A stretch of 64,000 nucleotides of DNA from Curvularia clavata (taxonomy: Eukaryota). The notes under the pieces are model-generated. The model was not told the DNA's origin. It worked only from the letters and a program-made list of their open reading frames with translations, and did no database searches. Numbering within the stretch: position 1 is the stretch's first letter; each line of letters begins with the position of its first letter. Position numbers and translations under genes: made by a program. The stretch spans positions 992,001-1,056,000 of the forward strand of contig CP089275.1 of assembly GCA_023920165.1 (NCBI GenBank). Reading direction: 5' to 3'. Below are positions 1 through 12,574 of the stretch, one piece after another.

Positions 1-648
1 GTGCTCCACAACCAATCTTACTTGGGCCTTTACGCTAGCTTGCATGCCGATGCCGCGTTTTGCGAAATGGGGTTCGGTGCTTCTTTTCCACCGAAAAACT
101 GGACAGAAGAAGAAACACGCAAAGTCATTTTAACACGAGACATTGCTCGATGTTGGCAACCTAGGAATATGGGAGACTTTGCAGTGGGCTTGCGATCAAC
201 AGCACAACTCGACCAGTTTACCGCGCGACCAATCAGTGGAACTGAGGATCAACTGCATGTTATCGAAGGACATGATTCAGAAGCGTTATCCCAGTCCTAC
301 AGTCACGTGGAGTGGATAGGGTACGCAGGCGTACGCGACGCAACTACAACATCTATGCCACCACGCACAGATAGCGACCCTCCACTTCCACACTGGTTGG
401 AAATGATAGAGCTTCGTTACGGAGTTGCGCCAGCATACTGGGGTAAAGGACTGGCTCGCGAGGCTGCGGAAGCAGTTATCCAGTGGGCTGGTAGAGAAAG
501 AGGTGTTAGGAGGTTCATCGCTGAAACAGAGAGGGAAAACACGAGAAGTGGTAGGGTGCTTGAGAAGATGGGATTTAGTAAAACCGAAGGGACGAACTAT
601 TGGAAAGATGAAAATGAAATAGAGTGGGAGAGAAAGTTCGTTGTATGA
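1..648 (+). CDS. GNAT-family (RimJ/RimL-like) N-acetyltransferase, 5' end outside the window
   Basis: Open frame from base 1 to TGA at 646-648. Contains the acetyl-CoA motif ELRYGVAPAYWGKGLAREAA and C-terminal NTRSGRVLEKMGF, typical of RimJ/RimL GNATs. Confidence 0.85.
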   Translation: MLHNQSYLGLYASLHADAAFCEMGFGASFPPKNWTEEETRKVILTRDIARCWQPRNMGDFAVGLRSTAQLDQFTARPISGTEDQLHVIEGHDSEALSQSYSHVEWIGYAGVRDATTTSMPPRTDSDPPLPHWLEMIELRYGVAPAYWGKGLAREAAEAVIQWAGRERGVRRFIAETERENTRSGRVLEKMGFSKTEGTNYWKDENEIEWERKFVV

Positions 649-2508
649 GAATGCTGATTCCAGTTGAATGGATCCTGTTTCGCCAGCCGAAGAAACAACG
701 CGAAAAATTCGCTCGGAGCTACTAAAATGCTGGAACGATTTGCAGAGCATGCTTGAGGTCTGCGTCTTGACATCATTATATTGTCGTCGTATTCGTTGAA
801 GACTGTGAAGCCAAGGCTGTGGACTCTCGGATGGAGAAGGTTACCAGTAATCGCACTTGCCACCATTTAAAGCTTTTAAAAAGCTACATTAGATTCAAAT
901 ATGCATCTCTCCGTTGCGCAGTGACATATACGCAAATGTTCGAATAAGATAGAGGACAAATTCGTCAGCCTGCCACGTCCGGCACTGAGAATCGTTTTGA
1001 ACATGCTATTGAGTAAGCGCGAATACGATCGCAGAGGAATGGGTATATAAGAAACCGTTTAGTTACAAGAACGAAGAAGCGGTGAGCAAACAATGGATTA
1101 ATTGGTGCGGCTCGAGGGACTTCAAGACGAAAACAAGCAAACGGAAAAAATCGGAAGACGGTTCATAGTGTGATAGCCTTTCCTTTCGATAGTGGTCGCA
1201 GAATAAACCATGATGAACCCTGCGTTTCTTGGTGGGGACCTGCAGATACTGCCCAGGTGCCGATGATGAGGCTTAAAAGTCGGAGGTCGGTGAATTGCCG
1301 AAGCATGTGGACGGGAAGCTTCCTCTGAAGAGTAACGAGGCGCTTAAAAATCCAAATCAAGAGCTGCCGTGTTGTTAGCATACTTCGTTAAAATTGGGTC
1401 TTCATCTCGGAAATGCATGTCCGCGGACCGAAGACAAGTGCAAAGCAGGGCAATTGGACCTATGCGAAAAATTCTCAACCCTGTTTGCGGCCTAGAGTAC
1501 TCTATGTGGTAGCGCAACCTTCGAGAGACCTTTTATCCGTAGCCTGCACCTTTGAGAACGCGTCTCAAGATGGGTAGAGATGGCTCTTCGCCGTGCGGTC
1601 ATCCGTTAGAAGCAACCAAACTGTTCTGCATTCAGCGTGACATCACGTGGCACGTACCGTCAGGAAATCAACATGCGCATCGGATCCGGGGCAAAAAGCC
1701 GGAGGTGGATCGAGAAAAGTTGTTGCAACGGGGCGGTGGAGTGCAATGGAGACCCCGATAGAGTGCTGATCGTGCCATGGGGGAGAGGATATAATATGAC
1801 GTCACCAAAGGCGTCCTCGAAAAACGCCATCAAAACTAAGATTCGTGGCGTAACTTGGCCGCATCGATCGACGCTATTTAGGCGGCCTAATTCAGATGCT
1901 TGAACGGCAGACAAGGTCTTGTGTATGAGGCTTGAAAGCGTATTTCGGGTGACGGCTGGTCCCTTGGTCCATCTTGCAAGGCTGTGGGCAGAGACGTACT
2001 TCCATCGTGATTCCTTGTCTGCTTGTGTTCATGGCCTTGGACAGCGACCCCTTCGAACTTTGGCATGACGATTACACGCATCTTCACTGTGCCGCATCCG
2101 CTTCGGCCGACATCCGTGTTGCATTTGCCCCATATTTACTGCTACATCGCCTGGTCTGAGAGGCTGTGGGGTAAGCCTGGAAACAAACGGCCCCTAATTT
2201 GGACGCGCCATAGCGCCACAGCTTTGTCTGTGCAAGAATGTAGTATGACGTCCTCAGCACTGACTTTGTGCCTTGTGATGCGCACAGAATGCAGCGTGCT
2301 GCCTGTTTCGCCCTGTGTATGCCATCAACGTCACATCCGCCATTTTTATAAGACTTGCTCTTCCCCATGCAATCATGACGCAAAAAAATCTCGCTTTCAT
2401 AGCTCAACCTTTCATCTCCCCAGGCTGAGCACTGGTAATCCTGGGCCTGGAAAGTAAACCCAGCACCCAATCACCAATTACTGCCTGAACGCCTAGTGTG
2501 TCGGCACC

Positions 2509-4378
2509 ATGGCGTCCGCCGCGGAAGTAAATCCTAACATTCACGACGCCGATACAGTTCGTAAGGACGAGACTGGCGATGCCGAGAAAAAGTCTGCCTC
2601 GGATGGCGACCACTCTCATACAGAAAACCCAACCGATCATGCCATCTCCGCCGCTGACAAGGAGCACTACGAGAAATACGGCACTTATGACCGCTACGAA
2701 ATCACTGAAGAGGATTGCTACGATGAGCTTGGGTTTTCATTCCCCAAATGGAAGAAATGGATGATCTTGAGCATCGTCTTCATGGTGCAGGTTAGCATGA
2801 ACTTCAACACATCGCTATACTCCAATGCTGTAGGAGGAATTTCCGAGGAATTTGGCGTTAGCGCACAGGCCGCACGCGTTGGTGCAGCTGTTTTCCTGAT
2901 CACTTACGCATTCGGATGTGAGCTTTGGGCGCCCTGGAGCGAAGAGCTGGGACGGTGGCCTATCCTCCAGCTCAGTTTGTTCCTTGTCAACATTTGGCAG
3001 ATCCCGGTGGGCATTGCACCCAATTATGGAACTATCATTGGCTTCCGTGCTCTTGGTGGTCTCTCTACTGCCGGTGGCTCTGTTACATTGGCCATGGTGG
3101 CTGATATGTGGGAAGCGTAAGTGTCTTCTTTTTTAACCTCCGAACCCGACTAACGTTTGTAGTGACAACCAGCAGTATGCTGTTGCGTTCATCGTCTTTT
3201 CATCCGTGGGTGGTAGCGTTCTCGGCCCAATTGTGGGTGGATTTGTTGAACAGTTTCTCCCCTGGAGATGGAATATCTGGATCCAATTAATCTTTGGTGG
3301 CGCTGTTCAAATCGCTCACGCCATATTTGTTCCTGAAACCCGTACCACGGTCCTCATGGATCGTATCGCTAAGAAGCGCCGTCAGGAAGGCGACAAAAAC
3401 GGCAAGCCGAATAACATCTGGGGACCAAACGAGCTGAAGACATTCAAGGAACGCTTCAGTGTGCACGAGATTCTTGTTACATGGATGCGCCCCTTCCGCA
3501 TGTTTCTCACTGAGCCGATTGTACTTGTCTTGTCCCTGCTATCCGGTTTCTCCGATGCCATCATTTTTATGTTTCTCCAGTCGTATGCTCTCGTATACGC
3601 GCAATGGGACTTTGCTACCTTTGCCGTCGGATTGACTTTTATTGCCATTGGTATCGGCTACTTCCTTGCGTGGTTCTCGTTCTTCCCGGCTATCAAGCGC
3701 AACAAACGCCTTCGGGAGGAGAAGCCTGACGATGAGCGTGCTCAATACGAGGCTCGCCTTTGGTGGTTGCTATACACTGCCCCTTGCTTGCCGATTGGCC
3801 TGATTATATTCGCATGGACGTCGACTGGGCCACCAATTCACTGGATTGGGTCTCTAATTGGGTCCGCCATCATCGGCATCGCCAACTACGCCATATATAT
3901 GGCGACGATCGACTACATGATATGCGCTTATGGACCGTATTCTGCGTCTGCAACTGGTGGTAATGGGTGGGCGCGTGATTTTCTCGCCGGTGTTTTGACC
4001 ATTCCAGCAACCCCTTTCTTCCAGAACATTGGTGGCGACCTGCATCTTGCATACGCCTCTACAATCCTTTTCGCCATTTCCCTGCTTCTTGTTATTTCGG
4101 TTTACATTATCTACTGGAAGGGCCCTGTGCTTCGCAAGCGCAGTCCATTCGCTCAGCAGCTGAGTGCCGCCCGCGACGAGACTGGCGGCCGTCGCGTCAG
4201 CAGTCTACCTGGCCTCTATGGCAGCAGAGCAAACTCGTTTGCGCAACAAGGAGGGTCAATGCCAAACTCGCGCAGAGGCAGTGTTGTGCGTGGTGTCCCA
4301 GGAGGCGAGAACAGGTATGCGGAAGCCCAGCGAAGGAGAATGGAGCGCAGGCAGAGCGCGAATCGCAGCACGGCGTAA
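2509..4378 (+). CDS. MFS transporter, DHA1 (drug:H+ antiporter 1)-like; 2 exons (intron 3117-3162)
   Basis: Motifs FPKWKKWMI, WAPWSEELGRWP, RALGGLSTAGG, PETR, RPFRMFLTEPIV and YEARL, with about 12 hydrophobic segments. A GTAAGT...CTAAC...TAG intron joins the two ORFs in frame (WEA|DNQQYAVAF). Confidence 0.93.
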
Positions 4379-4815
4379 ATAATGGTAGCGAAGAGTCTAG
4401 AAGCCATTTCAAACTAATGAGTATGTAATATAGCATGATATTGTAATTTTTCCTTAAGAGAAATCATCGGAAGCTCTGTGATGAACTGTGATATGATTGC
4501 ATCCAGCCATGACTGGTTAGAAAACTAATCGCAGATGAGCTCCGTTTAACAAATCATACATTGAAATGGAACAGAGACGGACGAAAACGGGTTCCAAACG
4601 CCGTCCAGTTCTTGTCTTATTTCTGTAATATTCGGGAAACATAACACCCTCACTGTGTTGATCCGTGCTAAGCTCTGTGGAATTCAACGATACGCATACG
4701 TGAGGATATAGTTCCTAGATGCCGTCGTGGGTACTATGCTCCAATTGAAATATTGGGCATAATATGTTAGTCTCGAAACTAAGATAGTGAAGACATTTAC
4801 CAAAGATGTTGACGT

Positions 4816-5805
4816 TTATACAACACCGTTCGGAACTGTCTTTGGTGTTACCTCTTCGGTTTTCGGAAGTGCTTCAGTATCATCAATAGCAACACGTGCT
4901 TCTCCTCTTGCTCCGGTCCGCGCAGTGAACATGTCCTTGAGCAATCTTCCAACATCAATGCCCTTGGCCTGCCATTCAATGCCCTCCTCAAACTCGTCGA
5001 ACGTCTTACCAGCCTCTTTTGCACGGTTTCGGATACCACGTGTTCGGAGCAACCAAACCAGATGCGAAACAACCATACTCATCTCGATGACGCAACTGCT
5101 AATTGTCAGTCTGGAAGATATATTGGAAGGTTGCATGTCACTTACCACAAGGCATACATAGTTCCAAACAGCGCGTCGAACTCGTTCTGAGCCACCAAAG
5201 CCATAAGTGAGAAAAATGCGCCGTTCCAATCAATAGCTAGGAAAATAAAATCAATCCCAACGACCCTGCCACGTCTTTTGAGAAGCTCAAATGGAATTGG
5301 TAAGTAACCAGAGATGAGCGTCAAGAAGGCAATGATACCAATCAGTAAGACTGGCCACTCAATTCCTCTCGAGTACGGCGGCCGAATCGCATACACAAGA
5401 CCGACCTCTACTCCCGCAAAGGCAACAAGCAGGCCTATCAATAAAGCGGATGCAGTCCGGGTTCGCCATTTGCTGATAATTCATCAGTATGCTTCGAAGA
5501 TGACTTTGGATTGCCTCAAGAACGTACCGGCCGTAGATCAGGCATTGTGCCCAGCTGACGCCACAAAGTACACCAAAGCACTGAGGCTGTACAATAAGAG
5601 GAATATTGAACTGTTGAGCTATAGCATACGCGCCAAATGGTACACCACTTATTGACCAGAGCAGCATCATGGACTCTGGCAATCCTTCGGTGCTCTTAGT
5701 CCGGTAGTTGCGCCATATCTGAGGAACCAGCTGTATGCACCAGAACACGGTTCCCAGTGTTCCAAGCACGTTTGCCGCTAATGGTATCGATGTTTGAGGC
5801 GCCAT
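4816..5805 (-). CDS. PQ-loop repeat membrane protein (vacuolar/lysosomal transporter-like); 3 exons (introns 5473-5527 and 5096/5099-5145)
   Basis: N-terminal PQ-loop CIQLVPQIWRNYRTKSTEGL and second repeat GYLPIPFELLKRRGRVVGIDF. Introns with GTACGT/GTAAGT donors and CTGA(T/C) branch sites restore one frame (YGR|KWRT; YALC|CVIE). Confidence 0.9.
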
Positions 5806-8120
5806 TGAAGTTCAAGGGAGGAAAGTTTGGGCCAAGAAGCTGTGTTGACCGCGCACAGAGCTTTACGCTCAACAAATTCAATGCCAAGGGTTAGAGTTTG
5901 GGACGCTTGAAATGTTGTATCATGTTCGAGAACGGTCTGTGGCAACGTCCATGGCCGAGTTGTTTTCCAAAGGCTCCATGTGGGCTACTTATCTTTTGCA
6001 TGTATACTACAGCGGGGCCGCGGAGCAAATTCGCATCTGAGTTGAGCTGAGGTGTCATTCGAACTAGACCATTGAGAAATCATCGTGATAGGTCTTGACT
6101 TTCTGTTTGAGGCTTAGGTAGGAAGCAAATTGTCGACGTTTCGGCGTGGATTGATCCTTCGAGTTTTGTTCGGTGCGTACATCTGAGCACGCGAGGCAAA
6201 GACCGGTAGTGAATCAGCATACCGTGCATTAGGCGTCGATCCATTTCTCCGCCCGTTCTCTTATCGGTTGAACCAGTGATTGAACCGCCAGTAAGATTGT
6301 CCCTAAGACTGAGACCGTTGGTATCCCGATATCTCCGATACAGCACGTTGTGTCAAGTGAACCATCCAAATATCGACACACACAAGTATATTGCCCAGTC
6401 GAAAAAGCTCAGTAATAACACTTACAGCGTACCCTCACTTTTCTAGTTATTCACAGATTGGTCAAAAGTTTGACGTGGCTGAACTCAAGAGATTCCAATG
6501 GAAGTGGCTCGGTCAGGGCTTTAACGGATCGGATGGTACTCCTTTTTCACATATATGCGGAGTCAATAATCGGACTATGGAGCTGATTGTCAACTCAAAA
6601 GGGGAGTTGAAAGAATTATAAGGAACTATTAGGCCTTCTGGATTTCATCCCGCGGCTTTCAGCAGTTATTTTTTGCTGACTGATCATCTAAGAGTTGGAG
6701 ACACACGCCCTCGCTCTAATAAAGGCCGCATTTGCAGCAAATTGCTTGTATAATCAATTCTGTAAGCCTGGTCTAAGACCCGTACCTACTGACCGCCGGA
6801 TACACCAACTAGGAGTCCGAGCAAGTGTCTTGCGTACTTAAAAGGAGGATATGCACATGCACAGTCAGTCTCAGTGGCCATGCAGTATTTCAATTGTTTC
6901 TAAATCAGAACAGTGCTAAGGTTCTCCGATGGATCTATGCAAATGCTGGGCTGTTAAAAGCCTTCTAATGCTAAGTTCAAGCTCTCGGTGAAGTTGCTAC
7001 ACTTCGCGACTACAACAGCCGTCCTGCTAGGCACATATATGGAGAGTTACATGCAAACGTTCAATGATGCTCGCGATTAAATACTCTGTTATGACTTTAG
7101 GACTCATATCGATTCTAAATTTTGATTCGGGAAGAACCAAGTCAGAGATTAGGAACAAAAAAAAGGGCACCTGTCTTCTGAGATCGAGTTGATTGAGTCC
7201 TGTGGTGTGCTGAGGTGGGATGCAACCCAATATTCACATTGAACGTCAATATTCAATAGATATAGATTCAAAAAGATTTACAGTAATGGAGGTTAGGTTG
7301 ACGATACTAAATGTGTTGTGTGTTGGACATTCAGCTACAGTGAACCAGCACGGGTAAGGTCTTGGCATACGTCACGATCAATCCACCCTTACAGCTGGAG
7401 CACCTGCTTTCGCCTAGCATGCGGCCAATCGTCCTATAGCAGCGAAAATACTGATAAAAAAACTCTCCCCCTCTTCGTCATGATACAACAGCTGATATTG
7501 ACCTGAGAGGGCCGCTTCATGGCAAACGCGATACGCATCTCTCGACGTCCGACAAGGTGGAGACCAGTAGCTGTGTTCATGTTTGTAGGCAGGCATATAA
7601 TTCCCCATGGTATTCAGTAACGCTGAATGAACTTTCTGATTACCAGACAGAAATTCGATAATCACTTTTGTGGAGGAGCGACACTAAAGCCACTACGTTG
7701 TTTTTGCGGAGCGACCAATTACGATGGGCGGACGTCTCAGCCCTCACCAACGATTGACACGATCTTCGGGATCATGCGAGTGGCTTGCAGCGATGACCGC
7801 GTACCCTCCGCCCTCCGCTAACATATATTTCAAAGTCACCTGGATCCACTACGGTTCTGCTACCTCACTAGCTATCCCACTTGCAAACTTGGTATGCATT
7901 TGTACTACGCACGGGCCTTGACCCATATCGGAGATTTTTGTTCCACTCTACGGGGATAGTGGCTTCGGCCCCGCATCCTTTAACTATTAAGGCAAACTAC
8001 TGGATGCAGTGAAAATCAGGCTTTGCTGCCAAAACCGTCTTCTTGGCCGTCTCTGGTATGGCCTCACCATCGGCTATGAGCCACGCCTAGACTGACTTAC
8101 ATGCGATACCAGTCAACTAT

Positions 8121-9488
8121 ATGGGCCGCGAGATTCCCGCACCCCCAGGCTATACTGCTTGGGGCCCATTCGTTCGTGACGACTACAAGATCCTGCGAAC
8201 GACCCAAGCAGACATCATTGTAGCGGGCATAGTTTTCGGTCTTGCCAACGTCTTCGGTCTCTCTGCGGCTTTCATTGCTGTCAGACAGACAAGAATTTCC
8301 CGGCGGCCATGGAGGAGTGCGTACATCTGGATGATATGGCTGGAGTTGATTACCTCAGTGGTCCTGTCTATTATTTGTTTGCTGTTCCTGCTGAAGAAGA
8401 TCCGACCGAGCTTTTATATTTACATGGGCATCTGCAAGTATGGCAAAGCTCTAGTATTGGATAGGGCTAACATGTATAGTGATTTGCTGGGTTATCCAGA
8501 TCCAGTTATTGCCTCAGATTATCGTTAACCGGATTCGTGTAATCCTCATGGACCGAAAACGAGCACGGCGTCTTAGTATAGGAACAGCAGTTGTCATCAC
8601 GTTGATCAACATCAGCGTGTTCATCATATGGGTACCTGCGCGTCTACAGATAAGTGAAAGGTAATTTCTGCATACCCTCAATCGTAATTCTTGCTAAGTA
8701 CTTCGAAGATGGATACGGATCAACACCGTCTGGGATCGAACAGAAAAAGTGCTTTTCCTGCTGTTAGACGGGTATTTGAACTGGTACTTCATCCGAACGG
8801 TGCAGCGAGAACTTATTAGAAACGGCCTGAGCAAGTATAATCGCTTGGTTCGCTTCAATAAGCGCATCATTGTGGTCTCACTCTTGTGCGATGTCTTAAT
8901 CATTGGAGCAATGAGTATTCCTAATGGATTTGTGTAAGTTGTAACTGTGACTCACGGTAACTGAGTTTGACCAATGCTTGTAGCTATGCTATATTTCATC
9001 CGCTAGCATACCTGATCAAGCTCAACATTGAGATGTCGATGGCCCATCTCATCAGGGCGATTGCTCTCGCTAATCCAAACACCAACAGCAACCGCACCTT
9101 ATCAGCAGCGTCGAAATCTTCACCCGAAGAGAATCCATTCAATACAGATATCTTCGCCGAGGTCGCGATGCCAAGGCGAACACTTTTTCTGGGCCTTTTC
9201 AGTAACGACAACCATGACTTCTCGCATCAAACCGAAGCGGGAAATCTGCAACGCGACTCTGCACATAGCACGGCTACGCCGGAATCTGGGGCAGAGACTT
9301 TAGAGCTCCAGTCCATTAAGAAAAGCGACAGTGGCACTGGCGATGAACTGTACGAACATCAAGTCAGTATTGCTGATGTTATTAGCGGTGGAGATCTTCG
9401 CGAAGAATCCGAGATGTCAAATAGCGTGCATCATATCAGAATACCAGAGCCCGTTGCTTCACCTTCTCGAATGAGAGATAGAGGGTGA
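8121..9488 (+). CDS. Uncharacterised multi-pass (about 6-7 TM) fungal integral membrane protein with acidic cytosolic tail; 4 exons (introns 8434-8479 GC-AG, 8661-8708, 8934-8983)
   Basis: Four consecutive hydrophobic ORF pieces join in frame through short introns (MGI|LICWVIQ; ISE|RWIRIN; NGF|VYAIFHPLAYLIKLNIEMSMA). Confidence 0.82.
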
Positions 9489-10342
9489 AAGCTGCAATCA
9501 AACTTGAAATAACTACAACCAGCTTTAAACAGCTCTCATCTTTTAATGTTCTAAAAAAGCGTGTTTTCACTATAAGCTAATAGAGTTGAGCATGAATTGG
9601 GACCGGGTAAAAGTGTCATGAAGGTTATGGATATATCAGGGGTTTGCAACATTTGACACCAGGTCAGAAGTACAAATTTCCCATGTACAATGTAGCAGGT
9701 CTGGGAGTGCTTGTCGCACTCAGTGAAGACGAATCATGCCTTGTTCATACGTGTGCTTCCTTGGGAGGCGAAATCGCCACTCCATATCTCGCTATTTAAT
9801 GTTTGAGTATCACCAAGTATGCTGAGCTCCGCTGCAGCTATGAATTCGAACTACAGCTCCAGTTTATGCTCGACAACTCAGGGGCACACACTTCAACGTC
9901 CCACTAGAAAAGTCTTGTGATTTAATTTAGGACACTATGGGTAACACAAGCTTCATATGTGCTACAATCTCATGTTCGTCTAGCCTTCCCTTGAGCAATT
10001 GTGTTTCCATCAGGGCTTGCGTAGGCCCTGCTGCGTAAGTGTGCATATCGCAGCTATCACATCCGAATCAACCCTCGAGGATGCCTCGAATCAAAGGGTA
10101 GCTGACGGCCTGGTACATCCGTGATTTGGTAGAAATAGTACATCATTTGTCACACATGCACTACAAGGCAATCAATGCTGTGGAACCAATGTATTCCAAT
10201 TTGCATACTTAGTAGCGAATAAGAAGAAAAGAAGAGAATTCAATGTCTACTTTGTAGAATAGGTGTGACCTTACTCATCTCTGAAAGGGGGCGAGTTGCA
10301 CGTGAAATAACATAACAGAGAGAAGCATACTACAATAGCAAA

Positions 10343-10348
10343 TATAAA
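10343..10348 (+). promoter_or_regulatory. Putative TATA box of the GPI-protein gene
   Basis: TATAAA about 105 nt upstream of the ATG at 10453, followed by a C/A-rich leader. Confidence 0.45.
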
Positions 10349-10452
10349 CCACATCGCCCGCCCAACGCACTCTCTACGCCAGTGTCTTCATATCAAAAGG
10401 CGAATAGCGACCGCGTAGCATCTCCACCATTCACTCGCTCACATCAAGCACG

Positions 10453-11260
10453 ATGAGGTCCAGTATCCTCATCCCAGGCCTCCTCGCCCTCGTCGCCGCA
10501 AGCGACACCGGTATGTCAATGACCTACTTACACCCCCTTCCACCTTTATCCGTACATACTGAAACAAAGTGTAGAACTACCTAGCATTCCCCCGCCACCC
10601 GCCTACCCTCCCGTGGCCCCATCTTCCCTTCCAGAAGCAAGCGACAACATGCACGCCAGCAGCTCATCCAAATGCACCTTTACCACCACGTTAACACTGA
10701 CACTCACGAAAACCATCCCTGTGATACCAGTCACACGGTCTCATACCGCCAGTGAGACGGGTATTCCTGAACCAAGTTCCTACTCCTCGATACCGCTTCC
10801 ACCACCGCAGTCACCGCAGTCGTCGCTACTACTCTCGTATATGCCACCCAGCGCGAAGAGCAAGGAGAGTCCTGCTCCCACCACGCCCATTCCTTCAGTC
10901 ACGACGGCGATACCAGTGGAAGAGACGAGTGCAGCAAGTAGTGCCTCAGCTGAAAGTAGCCGCAGCTCCGCTTCTGCCACTCCGTCTAGTAAGAGCAGTG
11001 CCGTGAATAGTGGTGGGAGCAATACCCACGTATCGCATATCCCGGTGCAGAGTGCTAGTAGCAAGCCTCTTGGTGGTAGCGCTACTACCGTGACGACATC
11101 TGTGTTTTCTGGAACGTGGACTGCAACGAGGACGGGGACGGGGACAGGCACTGGATCGCATGTTCCCTCTTCAACGTTACCGTTTTCAGACGCGGCGGAT
11201 GTGGTTGGTGTGCCAGGGGTATTTGCGGGCGTGATGGGGTGGGCGGTGCTGATGTTGTAG
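10453..11260 (+). CDS. Secreted Ser/Thr/Pro-rich, probably GPI-anchored cell-surface protein; 2 exons (intron 10511-10574)
   Basis: Signal peptide MRSSILIPGLLALVAA in a short first exon not shown in the ORF track. GTATGT...CTGAA...TAG intron is in frame. S/T/P-rich body; C-terminal small residues plus hydrophobic tail (SDAADVVGVPGVFAGVMGWAVLML). Confidence 0.85.
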
Positions 11261-11560
11261 GGAGGGAGAAGCAATGGGTAGGTGTGTTAAGGTTGTAATG
11301 GTTCTTTAGAGGAGGGCCTAATCGCAAGACAGTACTTGGTTGTAATAAGGATAGTACTTCGTAATATGTTCTGATAATACTTGGACTGATATAGCGAATT
11401 CAACTGCAAAAATATCTAGGTAGTAGGTGAGGTGATGGTGGATACAGTGCACATCCCTTCTCGATGTCTGCCCTGCGCATGGTCATGGTCCCGGTCATAC
11501 TGCTCCTAGCATTCTCCAAAACGCCAACGAGCCTGCCCCAAAATATCACATACACGACAC

Positions 11561-12248
11561 CTAGTGGCGGTCTTGAGCCTCAAGGTCCCGTGCAAGTGCC
11601 TCGTCATCGAGATTATCAGTGTCAACACCAAGGCGTGCCTCGTCGCCGGCAAGGGCAATAGCACCCTGCTTGTTACCCGTCATGCAGCAGGAGTAGAACA
11701 AGCTGGCCCAGAGGAAGACCCTGCAGACAGTAGTCAGTATAAGCGGACAAAGCTAAACCTAGAGGCAGAAAGAGACTGAAAAAAAAATACACATACCAGT
11801 TGAAGAAGTTGAGCCAGAGTAACGCACTCTGCCACCTTCCAATCTTGACTCCATTCAGCCACATTCCTTGCTCACCGGAGTAGTGTTTGTCTTGATCAGC
11901 CTCGGCAGGGGCGCTGGCAATGTACCCGATGAATCCTATAATGGACATGCCGATTGCAGCCACCATCTTAAGCGCCTGGTATTTTGCATATCTTCGCTTT
12001 GATAGAGTCCCGGCTTCTGCATGCTTTCGCTCGCGGACGAGGAAGAAGACAGTGGTGATGGAAGTAAGAAGCGGAGTGTAGAGGAGACTGAGCGTGAAGA
12101 GCTTATGGCGGAATGGGAGGAGAACGGTGACGAAGCAGGCGAAGATGGCTTGGCCCGCGATGGCGACTTGGGCGGATTGTAGGATGCGGAGGCCGCGTGG
12201 CGCATTCGCTGAAGAGGACACTGTGAATGGCATTCTCATGGTAGGCAT
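11561..12248 (-). CDS. Hypothetical membrane protein (about 4 TM); 2 exons (intron 11721-11796)
   Basis: Hydrophobic segments. A GTATGT...CTGAC...CAG intron gives LNFFNW|VFLWASLFYSCCMTG...AQDRH-stop (TAG at 11561-11563). Confidence 0.75.
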
Positions 12249-12574
12249 GTTATTCTTGAGATCAATATTCTAAAAAGTCGTCTGTCTACTGACGACTCAA
12301 GGAGTGCTGCGCTGGTTGTGCCACGATGCGGGATGGCAGACGAGCTTTATGGATAAGTTAGCACCTTGACCGGTCGCGCCGCAAGAGGGATCTGGGATGC
12401 ACGTCCCTAGGGTCGCCTCCACTCCTGGGACGTGTTCACGTTGTGGCTTATATGGGTTTTGTTGCGATCACCATCCTATTGGTTGGGGTGCCTGAAAATG
12501 GGGCGCGCGTTACCGTATGAGCTCCATCGTGGTAAGGCGGTCAGTATAGGGTAGGCGGAAGCGTATGGGTGGCG

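Noticed and set aside
6080..7930. Short ORFs between the PQ-loop and membrane-protein genes (e.g. 6391-6621)
   Set aside because: No recognisable homology or consistent exon chain; treated as intergenic.
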